The notes: generated from the sequence alone by a model not told the origin. DNA of 64,000 nucleotides from an uncultured Gemmatimonadales bacterium (GCA_963842945.1 CAWJIM010000024.1:288001-352000), one strand, 5' to 3'; counted from the stretch's first letter, positions 30,972 through 42,324 are shown. Numbers and translations are program-made.

Positions 30972-31529
30972 ATGCATGCCCTGTTGAAGAACGCCCTTGT
31001 GGGTACAGTCGCGCTTGCGCTGGCCGGCTCCAGCACCGCGTCGGCCCAGGTAGGACTGACCTCGAACGTTGCCACCGTTGCGCTTACCGCGACGAAGGCA
31101 GCCACCCTGACGGTGAGCACGAACGTCGCCACCGCGACCCTGGCCAACATCACGGACAACTCCACGGCCAACCAGTTCACCCCGGTAAGCCTGACCACCG
31201 ACTGGAACCTGAACGCCGGCTCCTCGGTGCGGATGATCGGCTGGTTTGCCACCCCGGCGCAGGCGCTGGTGAACGGTACTGACCTGATTCCCTCCTCGAA
31301 GGTCGAGGGTCGGGTTGGGGCCACGGCGTTTGCCGCCTTCACCAACGGTGCCGTGGGCGGCGTCGGCGTCGCCGGCGGAAGCCTGCAGCTCTTCAGCCAG
31401 GCAGTGGCCGCGGGCAGCTACTTCGGTACCCGCACCGACCAGCTGGATCTCCGGTTGAACCTGACCGGCACGACCACCATGGCCGGCAACTACACCGGTA
31501 CGCTCAACCTCCAGGCGATCGTTCAGTAA
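30972..31529 (+). CDS. Secreted pilin-like protein (putative major subunit)
   Basis: Signal peptide ending ASA-Q, alternating N-terminal strand VALTATK, Thr/Ala/Gly-rich, C-terminal AGNYTGTLNLQA. Confidence 0.7.
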   Translation: MHALLKNALVGTVALALAGSSTASAQVGLTSNVATVALTATKAATLTVSTNVATATLANITDNSTANQFTPVSLTTDWNLNAGSSVRMIGWFATPAQALVNGTDLIPSSKVEGRVGATAFAAFTNGAVGGVGVAGGSLQLFSQAVAAGSYFGTRTDQLDLRLNLTGTTTMAGNYTGTLNLQAIVQ

Positions 31530-31557
31530 GCCACGAACGAAATACCTGGGCCTAGCA

Positions 31558-32120
31558 ATGGGCAGCCGTACGTTCGGTCTTCTCCTTCGCCCTGAGCGCC
31601 TTCCTGGTGCTCGGGGCGAAGGAGCTTTGTGGGCAGGCCCGGATCATCTCCTTGGCGGCAACGTCTCCTGCCGACCTCTCTCTGGTGATCACCTCCGGCG
31701 CAATACAGACCATAGCCGGGGTAACCGATAATGCGGTTAACAGCTTCCCGTCTCCGGTGGTCCTTCAGACCACCTGGAGCGTCAACCCGGGGCAGACCAA
31801 CACGGTGAATCTGGTGGCCTATTTCCTGGTTCCGGCACAGGCGCTGGTTGGCGGGACGACACAAATCCCCTCCAGCCGAGTGCTGGCCCGGATGTCGACC
31901 GGGCTTCCGACCGCGTTTACTGCGATTACGCAGAATGCCTTCGCCGGAGTGGGTACCGCCGGCGGCAGCCTGCAACTCTACTCGGTCGACGATCAACGGA
32001 AGCAACAAAAATACGAGTCGCACTGACAACCTCGACTTGCAGCTGAATCTGGTAGGGTTCCCCACCCTGCCTGCCGGCTCGTACACCGGCGTGCTCAACC
32101 TTCGGGTGATTACCCAGTGA
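31558..32120 (+). CDS. Second pilin-like paralogue (two frameshifts)
   Basis: Shares PAQALV, IPSS, GGSLQL, RTDNLDL and AGSYTGVLNL with the upstream gene. Confidence 0.65.
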
Positions 32121-32874
32121 AGCCCGACAGCCGAACAGCCTGGCTGAGTCTGGTGGTCCTCTGCGGGGCCTTCCTGCCGCTCCGGCCGATCGTGGCGCAG
32201 TCGGTGAGTCCGCCCATCGCTGAGTATCAGGAACGAGCCCGCTCCAGCTTCCAACTCAAGAATGCGTCGATTTTCCCCCTCAGCGTCGTGCTCGAAGTGC
32301 GCGGCTTCCGCATCTCCGAAGCGGGCGACGTGATCGACGTTCCGCTCGATACCAGCCATATCCACGTGAAGCTTTCGGAGATGAGCTTTCGGCTCCCTCC
32401 GAAGGGAAGCCGGACGGTTTTTTACGAGGCCACAGCGACAGTCTTCCCGCCTGGTTCACGATCCTGAGTGCAATGACGGGAGCGCGAACGGATAACGGGC
32501 TGAACGTCCGCATTCTTCTGCCTCACGTGGTCTATCTGAATCAGAAGCAACCGCTCCGAAAGGAAGAGGTTGTGATTCGCCGGTTCGAGCAGGATCCCGG
32601 CACGAACAAGGTCCGGGTCCAGCTGGAGAATCTGGGGCCTCACCTGGGCCGGGTTCATCAACTGACCGTGAGTACTCACGACAAGGTCGGACAACCGGGT
32701 GGCGGGTTCCCCCTCATGCCTCACAGCCGTCGTTGGGCCGAGCTCGAGTGGGATAGTCCGGCTCAGCCGATGCGCTTGAGCATCCGCTTCGCCCGTTTCA
32801 CCGTCGATACAGTCCTGACGCCCGTAGCGGCGTCGCTCGCCGCCGATTCGAGCGCGAGCGCTCTCCGGCCGTGA
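32117..32874 (+). CDS. Putative periplasmic pilus chaperone (PapD-like pattern; frameshift near 32445)
   Basis: Signal peptide, then SVSPPI, FQLKN, FRLPPKGSRTV, ILLPHVVY, VQLENLG; GTGA coupling with both neighbours. Confidence 0.55.
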
Positions 32875-34515
32875 CCCGCTCGGTCCGCCAATCCCGATTG
32901 GCGGGGAAGGCCATCCTTGCCGCGGTTCTGCTGTTCTTTCCCGCCATCATCGCTCAGGCTCAGACGGTAGTTGAGATGCAGGGTGGCGGCTCCTCGCTCT
33001 CGGGCGGCTACGGAGCAACCGCCAACTTCTGGCGATCCGGGGTGGACGGCTGGGTGGGGTTGGGATATCTGGACGGCTTTCGCGCGGGCGCTTTCCTGAG
33101 AAAGGCCGCCGGCCATGGCGACACCCTCGGGTGTCGGTAACAGCGCGCTGGTCGTGCGGCTTCCCACCGACATCTTCACTCCAGGATACAATCTGCTGGT
33201 CCAGGGACTCAGCTACGCAGGCGGAAATCGAGCGGACCTCCTACCTGGTCTTCGGCGGTGCCAGCTCGGCGGGAGTCGGAGCACCGGCCTTCCAGCCGAC
33301 CAACATCGAGCAGCCAATGGGCGCCGTGTTTCTACGGCACTCCGTCAAGCCCAACCTCTATCTCACCACCAGCGCCATCTTTGCTCGTCAGCAGACGGTC
33401 CTCCCGGGTGATCGAATGGCAGCCCTCTCCCGATCTCACGACCGGCTTCGTGATCGGGATGGGTTCCGATCGCCCCTACGCCGCGTCCAGTGTGTCCGTC
33501 CGCGAGGGCCGGGTCGGGCTGATGGGCTCCTATGTTTGGAATCCGGATCGGTTCAGGAGAGCGCCGGTTCCGACCCCGAATCAGACCGAGGTAGACCGGG
33601 AAAACCTGACCTTTACCTACGATCTCAGTCCCGAGTTCTCCGTCGGATTCGCCCGGCAAAACTTCGTGCAGGATTCGGCGGATGCCCAGCCCCCGATACG
33701 CGCCGTGGGAAACACCGTGTTCGCTGGAGGTCGCTGGCGTGAGCTGCGGCTGACGGCAGGCGTGTATCACTCAGAGTCTCAGGATATCTCCAATCTCAGC
33801 TCGTACCTTGCGGTGGGACGCGAGCTGACTCGCTGGCTCGACGCCGAGATGTTTCTCCTGCAAAGTCGCCCGGAAGGACAGCCTACGGTTACTACTCCGC
33901 TGGCAAACCTCAGGTGGCGTCTGTCCCCCCATTTCGGGTTAAGCCAGCAGATCGTCTTTCACCATGGAGAGCCGACGGTGCTGTGCGGCGCCAGCCTCAG
34001 GACCAGCTTCGGAGAGTTTGGGCTGGACTATCAGATCGTGCATCAGCCGCTCCAGCCGTTGAGCCCCTTCCGCAGCGCCTTGAATCTGACCGCGCGGCTG
34101 CAGCTGGGAAGCTACTCGACCAATCTCGGCACCTACGTCCGGCCCGGATGGAACAGTGGATTACTCCGCCTCGGGGAGCACGTTCCTGTACATGGGAAGC
34201 TTTGGCGGAATCCAGCCGCAGCAGATTGGTGGGGCCATGGCTCGGTACGTGGTTCAGGGCACCGTTCGCGATGAGTCAGGCAATCCGGTCGAAGGCGCTG
34301 CGGTGAAGCTGAATGATGGGGTGGTGTATACCAACTCAGCTGGGAGAGTTCTTTCTCCGGGTTAAGCACCCGGAGCACTACACACTGGCAGTGGCGACCG
34401 AGGATTTCCTGCTGCCCGGGACGCTGGGAAGTGGTAAGCGCTCCAACTACGGTGGTGGCAAGGCAATGAGAAGCAAGTCAGCCCAGTCGTGATCGTGCTC
34501 CGCCGCACGCCCTGA
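32871..34515 (+). CDS. Putative outer-membrane usher-like beta-barrel with C-terminal carboxypeptidase-regulatory-like domain (several frameshifts)
   Basis: Signal peptide, amphipathic beta strands, C-terminal VVQGTVRDESGNPVEGAAVKL..TNSAG. Confidence 0.5.
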
Positions 34516-34521
34516 CCTGCG

Positions 34522-34987
34522 TCACTTCACGTCCAACAGCTCGACGTCGAACACCAGCGTTGCGCCGGGTGGGATGTCTGGTGGAGCACCGGCGGTTCCA
34601 TACCCGAGATCCGGCGGAATGACGAGCTTGCGACGCCCGCCGACCTTCATGCCGGCTACGCCTTCATCCCACCCGGCAATAACCTGCCCGGCGCCGAGGG
34701 CAAATCCGAAGGGCTGGTTGCGGTCTCGGCTGCTGTCGAACTTCTCTCCATTGGGCAGCCAGCCGGTGTAGTGCACCGATACGGTTTTCCCCGCCGTTGC
34801 GGTTGTACCGCTCCCGACCGCCACATCCTGGTACCGTAATCCGGAGGGCGTCCTGGTCATGGCGGTGGTATCTACGCCGAGAGCAGCACTGAAGCCGCCG
34901 GCGGCAGGCGGCGCGCTCACGATCCGCCTTGCCGGTGCAAGCGGCCAGGGCGAGTAGTACCAACACGGGCACTTTGTTCGGTTTCAT
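34522..34987 (-). CDS. FKBP-type peptidyl-prolyl isomerase, lipoprotein (frameshift near 34920)
   Basis: [53 protein letters not shown] lies in the upstream frame. Confidence 0.92.
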
Positions 34988-35042
34988 TTGGGATCCTGGG
35001 CCTGAATGCGCGAATGGCCGCCAGCTTGAGCGGCCCTTCCAA

Positions 35043-35116
35043 TCGGGACGGCGGGATTTGAACCCGCGACCCCTGCAACCCCATTGCAGTGCGCTACCGG
35101 ACTGCGCCACGTCCCG
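35043..35116 (-). tRNA. tRNA-Pro (GGG)
   Basis: CGGGACGTGGCGCAGTCCGGTAGCGCA CTGCA-ATGGGGT-TGCAG ...GGTTCAAATCC...GTCCCGA; CCA not encoded. Confidence 0.95.
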
Positions 35117-35375
35117 AGACTGATCGAAGAGGCGGAATTGTAGCCCCAGCACTTCGGCCACGCTACCCCTCCTGTGACCCGAACATGCCCTCAGCCGAAC
35201 GGTACTTCGGCGGTCGCTTTCTTCAGCTCCCACTCCATAGTTAGCCACCGACAGCCCCACGGCGGCCCGCGACTTGCGATTACGGCCCGATACGGCAAAA
35301 AACCGGGCTCCCCAGCCCGGCATTTCGTGGTATGGTGCCGCATGGTGCGGCGCCAAGCGGCAGCGGAGGAGCCCA

Positions 35376-35549
35376 ATGAGCCATCAGGACGAGCGGCCGT
35401 GGGAAACTGGTGGAGACCTTCCCTGGGAGAGCTCGGAGGACGAGGATCAGACCGACCACACCTGGCGGGGAGATCTTCACTTCGACGATTGGCCGGAGAA
35501 TCTGGCTGGACCCGAGTACTGGCTCTACAAGAAACAGCGCGATGAGTAG
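35376..35549 (+). CDS. Small acidic Trp-rich hypothetical protein (57 aa)
   Basis: GGAGGAG RBS, MSHQDERPWE...GPEYWLYKKQRDE, own terminator. Confidence 0.7.
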   Translation: MSHQDERPWETGGDLPWESSEDEDQTDHTWRGDLHFDDWPENLAGPEYWLYKKQRDE

Positions 35550-35565
35550 CGCGAGAGCGTACCGG

Positions 35566-35603
35566 TGAGAGGGGCCGAACGGTGTTCGGCCCCTCTCAGT
35601 TTT
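35566..35603 (+). terminator. Intrinsic terminator
   Basis: 15-bp perfect stem TGAGAGGGGCCGAAC/GTTCGGCCCCTCTCA followed by GTTTT. Confidence 0.85.
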
Positions 35604-35695
35604 CAGACCTCAATAGACGCTAATCCCTCGCCGATAGTCCCCGCATGCGATAATACCCTTCGGTAAATCTTTGGTATTACGCGACTTAGACCCTG

Positions 35696-35723
35696 TTGAC
35701 CTGAGCTAAGTCATTGCTATTTT
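35696..35723 (+). promoter_or_regulatory. Possible sigma-70 promoter
   Basis: TTGACC-16nt-TATTTT with TG extension, in an AT-rich intergenic region. Confidence 0.4.
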
Positions 35724-35841
35724 TCAGCTTACCTGGTGGAACCAGTACGGGCCCGAGATGGTTTAAACCCTCGTGTCGGTGCCAGGAATGAGACTCGGAG
35801 GGCTGGCCGAGCCGGCCCATTTCAATGAATCGGAGATCGGA

Positions 35842-36883
35842 ATGTCAGACACGATGGAGCAGGCTGAGGCTACCGCCCAGCCGAAAGCGTGGGACCCGTT
35901 TCAGCTGATGGACCGAATGGATGAGGAGGCGCTCCGCCGGGAACTGGAGGGGGTGGCCAGCACCGACCTGGTCTATGTGGTGCGGGAGGGAGGACAGGAA
36001 GTCGTTGGGCTCTCCAAGACCGGAGTCGACGAATGTTGCATGGCGCTGGTCTCCCAGGGTCAGGTCATTCGGGAGGAAGATCTCCAGTACGAGTTGATCG
36101 GCGAGGGCGAGGCACGGGAGGCGCTCTTCAAGGTCAAGGCCGCGCGGTTTGCGGTTTCACCCTCGGGCCAGGACGTCCGTCTCGATCAGGTGATCGGGGT
36201 CAAGCGTCAGGCCCTCTACTATGAGGCCGTTCCGCTGGACCTGGATGCCAAGGTTCCCAGCAGGAAATATCGGGGCAAGACCTATCGCGACCTCCTCGAG
36301 CAGCGAGGAAGGCCGGGACTATTTGGGCTGGATGGCGGAGAACTTCAACGAGCCGGAGATCCGGGAATTCGTTCGGAAAATTCTCGCCGGTGAGGACGTG
36401 GTTGCTCGCCGAGGGCCCCAGCTCAATCCACACTGGTATGAGCACGGCGCCATGAAGGCGGCGCGAAATGCGCGGTTTCGTCTGATTCCAGGCAACGTGC
36501 GCGCTCAGGTAATGGCAACGGCGCGCCAATCGGGACAAACCCGGGTCGTCGAGGCGCAGCCGGGTACCATCCCCAGTGCTGCCCGGGCATTTCCGCTTCC
36601 GGCGAGCGTGGCTGCTCGCAGTGAGGTGCTTGCCCCTACCGGTCGGATAAGCGACCGGACTGAGGCGGTAGGGCGGCCGGGTCCCTATGCGCCCACCGAA
36701 AAACAGGTGGCGTTCTACCAGCGGCTGGCCGCTTCGCCGGTGTTCAGTGAGGAAGAGCGTGAGCGTGCGCTCGATTGGCTCGCGACCAAGGCCACTCGGC
36801 AGACGATCAAGGACCAGATCGACTGGCTCAAGCGCCAGGTGGAAACCCGCAAGCCCAGGACGGCCGGCGAGTCGGCAGCGTAG
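35842..36883 (+). CDS. Hypothetical protein, possible single-strand annealing/recombination protein (frameshift near 36300)
   Basis: GGAG RBS; GLSKTGV, KAARNARFRLIP, internal KYRGKTYRDL..DYLGW, C-terminal PTEKQVAF. Confidence 0.6.
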
Positions 36884-36900
36884 GGCTCGGCAGTGAAAGA

Positions 36901-36941
36901 GAAGGGTGAAAGAGCGAGGAATCTTTCACCCTTCATTTTTT
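36901..36941. terminator. Intrinsic terminator between convergent genes
   Basis: GAAGGGTGAAAGA...TCTTTCACCCTTC followed by ATTTTTT. Confidence 0.8.
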
Positions 36942-37918
36942 ATGCTTATGTCCTCGCGGACTGCCAGCGCCACGCCCGAAATGATCGCGCTTCCACCCAG
37001 CGCGGTGTGCCACCCAATCGACTCTCCCCCGAAGGCGACTCCCACCAGCACTGCAATCAGCGGAGTGACCAGGGGAATCATGAGCACGCCGGTAACCGCT
37101 GGTATGGCGGATAAGCCAGTAGTACATCAAAAAAGCGATCACCGAGCCCAGAATGGTGAGATACGCCAGCGCTCCAAGCGCCATTGGCGTCCAGCGGAAG
37201 GCCAGCGGGCTTCCCTCGAGCAGCATGCCACCTATCAGGAGGGGCAAGCATCCGCCCAACATCTGGGTTCCCGCCAGCACCGCCGGCTCGATGTGGGTCC
37301 CCCGGGCTTTGACCAGCACACTGGCGTGAGCGGTGGCCAATGCCGCCACGATGATGCCGGCACTGGCGGCAAACGCCTGCGGACCTCCTGTGCCAAGCTC
37401 GCCGGAGAACACCACCGCCACGCCGAGCAAACCCAGCAGGACACCGACGATCTTTCGTCGGGTAAGCGGCTCCGCACGCAGATACCGGTGGGCCAGAGGA
37501 AGCCCGAAGAGCGGCACCGTAGCACTCAGCAGCGCAGCCAGAGCCGGACGAGATGTACTGCTCGCCCCAAAAGACCAGCGCATAGTTCACCGTGATGCTG
37601 AGGAATCCGGTATAGGCCAGCAGGCCCCATTCTCCAGCTGAGCGGGCAGCCGAATCCGCTGGATCACGCACGATCCCGCCCAGCAACACCGCCGCAAGGG
37701 CGAATCGAATTCCCGCAAAGGTGAGCGGCGGCAGGTCTCGGAGTCCGAGCTTGATGGCCAGCCAGGTGGAGCCCCAGATCCCAGCCAGGGCAAGCCAGAG
37801 AATGAGAGCTATTCGCCGACGAGGTCGGATCCTTCCGACGATCGCCGGATCGACTCTCGGGCGGACCCAGGTTTGGCAGGCCGCTCCTTCGAGGTTTGCG
37901 GATGTCGGAAGCAGGCAC
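36926..37918 (-). CDS. EamA/DMT family transporter (frameshifted; start approximate)
   Basis: IWGSTWLAIKLGL..PPL.FAGIRF, LVFWGEQYISSG, YLTILGSVIAFLMYYWL. Confidence 0.85.
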
Positions 37919-37940
37919 GGCCCTCCTAACCGGGGTGATG

Positions 37941-37989
37941 TGACACAATATCAATGTTGACACAATTCGTGTCAAATAACAGATTGTCA
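37941..37989. promoter_or_regulatory. Putative MocR operator in the divergent promoter
   Basis: TGACACAAT direct repeats at 37941 and 37958; inverted half-sites GTGTCA (37969) and ATTGTCA (37983). Confidence 0.65.
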
Positions 37990-37991
37990 CT

Positions 37992-39381
37992 ATGACAAGT
38001 TGGACTCCAGAGCTCGATCCGGCAGCTGAGCCCAAGTACCTCGCCCTGGTTGAGGCCCTGCACCGTGACGTGGAGGGCGGGCGGCTGCCTCCAGGAACCC
38101 GTCTTCCCACCCAACGGCAATTGGCCAATCGCCTGCGCATTGCCATCGGAACCGTGAGCCGGGCTTACACCGTCGCCGAGCAGCGTGGGATCGTGAGAGG
38201 AGAGGTGGGACGGGGAACATTCGTTCGGAGGGAGGATCCCAGCTATCGGGAAGGGGCGGATGAAAGCGAAGATGCCGGGCTGATCGACCTGAGCCGGGGA
38301 AGGCTGGTGCGACCGTCCGACGATCCGACGCTCGCCCAAACCTTGAAGCTGTTGTCGCAGAGAAGGGACCTGCACCAGCTAGTGGACATCTATCAGCCGC
38401 CCCACGGGATGGCGCGGCACCGTGCCGCGGCGGCCGCCTGGCTAAAGCGATGGGGACTCGAAGCTGAGCCCGAGAGAGTCGTGATCACCAGCGGCGCACA
38501 GCATGGGGCCGCGGTGCTGCTGGCTTCCATGGCGCGGCCCGGCGATCTGATCCTCGACTGAGGAGGTGACCTATTCCGGCATAACTGCGCTGGCACGCTT
38601 GCTTCAGCTTCGGGTGCAGGGGCTTCGGATGGACCAGGATGGCCTGCTGCCCGCCGAGTTGGAGGCCGCATGCCAGTCCAGTTCTCCCCGCGCGCTCTTC
38701 TGCATGCCTACCCTGCAGAATCCAACCGGACGGACGATGCCGCTGCAGCGGAGACGGGAGATCGCGGACATCATCCAGCGCCACCGCCTGACGGTCCTGG
38801 AGGACGACGTCAACGGATTCTTGCCGGCGGAGCCATTGCCGCCGATCGCCGCATTAGCCCCGGACCACACGTTCTACATCACCGGCACGTCGAAGAGCCT
38901 CGCCCCAGGGCTCAGGATTGGATACGTCGTGTCGCCGGCCGCCGAGATGCAGCGGGTAAGCGCGACCATGCAGGCCACCACCTGGTTCACCGCGCCGCTC
39001 ATGGCCGAGATCGTCACCCAGTGGATCGAGACTGGCCGGGCCGACGAAATGGCGGAGTGGAAGCGGGTGGAAACAGCCGCGCGGCATCGGCTGGCGCGGC
39101 AGATCCTGGGGCCGTGGCTGCCGGCGTCAGGCCCGGTCAGCTTTCATCTCTGGATGCAGCTGCCGGAGCCCTGGCGCGCCGAGAATTTTGTGTCGCAGGC
39201 CCGCGCGCGGGGGGTCGTGGTCAATTCGCCCGACGAGTTCCTGGTCGGCCGGGAAACCGCTCCCCATGCTGTGCGAGTTTGCCTGGGCGGCGGCATGAGC
39301 CGGGCAAGACTGGAAGACGGACTCAAACGACTGGCCGAGCTGCTGCGGACGCCGCCAGGGCTGAGTGCGATTGTTTACTAG
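37992..39381 (+). CDS. MocR/GabR family regulator (GntR HTH + PLP aminotransferase-like domain; frameshift near 38558)
   Basis: PGTRLPTQRQLA..GTVSRAY..GRGTFV; ITSGAQHG; QNPTG; SKSLAPGLRIG. Confidence 0.9.
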
Positions 39382-40629
39382 TCGCCTGGAACAAGCTCTC
39401 GCAGCCGCCGAAGCTCGGGCACCTTCAGCTGCCGTCGTCGCCACTACCAGCAACGTAGCCAACCCCCCGAACACCACAGACGGCACCGTGCCGATCAGGC
39501 GAGCCGCGGTGCCGGATTCAAAGGCGCCGAGCTCGTTCGAGCTGCCGATGAAAATGGCATTCACCGATGCCACTCGGCCCAGCAGATGGTCGGGGGTCAT
39601 TACCTGCAGCAGGGTGGACCGAACCACCACGCTGACGGTGTCGGCCATGCCACTCAGGGCCAGGAGGGCCGTGGAAAGATAGAAGTCGCGGGACAGCCCG
39701 AACCCGATCATGGCCAGTCCGAACAGAGCCACGCTGACGAACAGGGTGCGTCCGGCGCGTTGAAGCGGGGGCCGGTGAGCCAGGACCAGGGACATCAGGA
39801 CCGCGCCGACGGCAGGTGCCGCTCGCAGGATTCCAAGCCCCTCAGGGCCGACATGGAGAATCTCCGCGGCAAAAACAGGAAGCAGGGCGACGGCACCGCC
39901 AAACAACACCGAGAATAAGTCGAGGGTGAGTGCGCCGAGCACCACCGGCTGGCCCCGGACGAACCGGATCCCGGTTGCCAAACTCTGAAGAAACGACTCG
40001 TCCGCTGGTGCGCTGCGAGTCGGGGCGTGCCGCAGCCGTGCCAGAGCCAGCAGAGCCACTCCCATCAGTGCGGCGTCAACACCGTAGGCAGCCCGTGCAC
40101 TGCCAAATCCGTAGACCAAACCGCCCACCGCCGGACCGACCACCTCGGCCAGCTGCCAGGTGGAGCTGCGCCAGGTGACCGCGTTGGGGTAGAGGTCCCG
40201 TGGTACCAGCTCCGCTCCCAGGGCTGTACGGGCCGGCTGCAGAAAGCTCCGGGCGATTCCGCTACAGAAGATGACGAAATAGATCGGCCAGACCCTGCCT
40301 GACCTGATAAGGTCGGGCCGGAGGGTGAAGCCGAACAGGCTCAGCGAACAAACCAGTAGGACCGCCAGGGCGATCAGAGAGACGCGCAGCCGTGGGATTC
40401 GGTCGGCCACGTGGCCCGCGAACAGGGCGAATCCGATAAACGGCACGGCCTCTGCCAAACCGATCAGACCCAGTGAGAGTGGATCGCGCGTCAGCTCGTA
40501 GATCTGCCAGGACACCACGACCGCCTGAATCTGGGTGGCGACGGTCATCGCCAGCATGCTGTAGATGAACCAACGGAAGTTGAGGATGCGAAGCGCGGCG
40601 TAGGGATCGTGGCGGGTGGGTTGGCCCAT
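39378..40629 (-). CDS. MFS transporter (EntS-like; frameshift near the C-terminus)
   Basis: Many TM helices; AGHVADR; LDLFSVLFGG; GRVASVN..FIGSSNELGAFESG. Confidence 0.9.
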
Positions 40630-40818
40630 GCGCGGCGGAAGCTAGCTGCGTTTTGCCGAGGCACAAAGACTTTTGCCGGACCGCGCATGCCCTCGCTGAG
40701 CTGGGGGGATTCCTAAGTCATTACCTGCAAAGCCTTGTGGCATTCAAAGTTGCCCGGCCCGTTTTGTGCAGCTAGCCCCGCTCGGCAGTACAACTCCCGC
40801 ACTCAATCCCTGGCAGGC

Positions 40819-42324
40819 ATGAAGCGGCTGATTCTCTGGACCAATCTTCTGGCCCTTGCCGCGTGCGCGCGTGCAATTCCGCCGGCTCCTCACGGCATCG
40901 CTCCAGTCTCCGCCATTCCCGGAGTTCGCGCTCCATACCTGGAGCGTGCCGCCCCGCGCGAGATCGCTGCGGATTCGAGCGTCAACGATCTCGCTGACGC
41001 ACAGCCGGATGCCGCGGGTGTTCCCGAGTTCCTCCCTGACGATGTCCGGTGGGACATCGACGTCAGGAGCTTCGCCAATCATCCCCGGGTCCAGTACTAC
41101 CTCAACTACTTCCAGGGCATCTCCCGCACCGGCCTGAGCGTCTTTCTGGCCCGCGGTGCCCGTTATGAGTCCATGATTCGCCGGCGGTTCGAGGAGGAAG
41201 GTCTTCCCGGCGACCTGGGATATCTCGCATTGATCGAGAGCGGCTACTCCAACGAGGCAGTGAGCCGCTCACACGCGGTGGGGATGTGGCAGTTCATGAA
41301 GGGAACCGCTCGGGGCTACGGCATGCGGGTAGATACCTGGGTGGACGAGCGCCGGGACCCGGTAAAAGCCACCGAGGCCGCAGCCCGGTATCTGCATCAT
41401 CTGCGGGATCGCTTCGGCTCCTTGTACCTGGCCGCAGCGGCTTATAACGCCGGCGCGGGCAAACTGTCCCGGAGCCTGGGCAAGCTTCAGTGGGAAGCCT
41501 CAGCTGACAGCAGCGACGCCGAGGGCGAGGCCCTGGAGGAAGACGACTCCGATGCGGAGGCCGCCGCGGATGAAATTGAGAGCACGCTCGACAGCACCGA
41601 CGTCACGAGCGATGCGGCCTTCTTCCGGTTGGCCAGCACCGACCTCCTGGCCACTGAGACTCAGGATTACGTCCCCAAACTGATCGCCGCCGCCGTGGTG
41701 GCCAAGCAGCCGGAGCGCTACGGCATTGCTCCGTCTGAAGTGGCGCCCTTTGCCTACGACTCGGTGGTCGTGAATGGGGTGACTGGGCTGGACGTGATTG
41801 CCCGTCTCGCCGAAGTAAGCCCGGAAGAGATCCGGGACCTCAATCCGCAGTATCTCCGGTTCGCCACGCCTCCCCACACCCACTCCGTGGTTCGGCTGCC
41901 GCCTGGCGCTGGTGAGAACGTGGCGGAAGCCTACGAGAAACTGCCCGCTTCCAAGCGGGTCCACTTTCTGACCCACGTGGTGCGCCGGGGCGAGCGACTG
42001 AGCAGCATCGCCGCGCGCTATCACCTTCCGGTGGCCGAGGTTCGCGGCGCAAACCCGAGAGCGCGAACGGCGCGGCTGAAGAGTGGTACCCGGCTGGTGA
42101 TCCCCACGGTTGCCGTACCGTCGGCGCTGGCCATACGCGCGGCGAACGGCCCCGCCTTCAGCCGGCATCAAGCTCGCATCGCCACCCATCGGGTCCGCTC
42201 AGGCGAGACCCTGATCGGGATTGCCCGGCGATATCGGGTTTCACTTCGCGCGCTCCGCCGGATCAACGCTCTGCCCGTCGAGTACACGCTGCAGGCCGGG
42301 AAGCGGCTGCGGATTCCCAGTTAA
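40819..42324 (+). CDS. Lytic transglycosylase with two LysM domains (MltD-like lipoprotein)
   Basis: LAAC lipobox, IESGY, AVGMWQFM, AAYNAG, ETQDYVPK, two LysM motifs. Confidence 0.9.
   Translation: MKRLILWTNLLALAACARAIPPAPHGIAPVSAIPGVRAPYLERAAPREIAADSSVNDLADAQPDAAGVPEFLPDDVRWDIDVRSFANHPRVQYYLNYFQGISRTGLSVFLARGARYESMIRRRFEEEGLPGDLGYLALIESGYSNEAVSRSHAVGMWQFMKGTARGYGMRVDTWVDERRDPVKATEAAARYLHHLRDRFGSLYLAAAAYNAGAGKLSRSLGKLQWEASADSSDAEGEALEEDDSDAEAAADEIESTLDSTDVTSDAAFFRLASTDLLATETQDYVPKLIAAAVVAKQPERYGIAPSEVAPFAYDSVVVNGVTGLDVIARLAEVSPEEIRDLNPQYLRFATPPHTHSVVRLPPGAGENVAEAYEKLPASKRVHFLTHVVRRGERLSSIAARYHLPVAEVRGANPRARTARLKSGTRLVIPTVAVPSALAIRAANGPAFSRHQARIATHRVRSGETLIGIARRYRVSLRALRRINALPVEYTLQAGKRLRIPS

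Noticed and set aside
35043..36883. Prophage or integrative element at tRNA-Pro
   Set aside because: I saw no integrase, duplicated tRNA 3' end or other phage genes.
38559..38561. TGA in the MocR gene as selenocysteine
   Set aside because: The protein continues in a different frame (LILTEEVTY after removing one base), so this is an indel.
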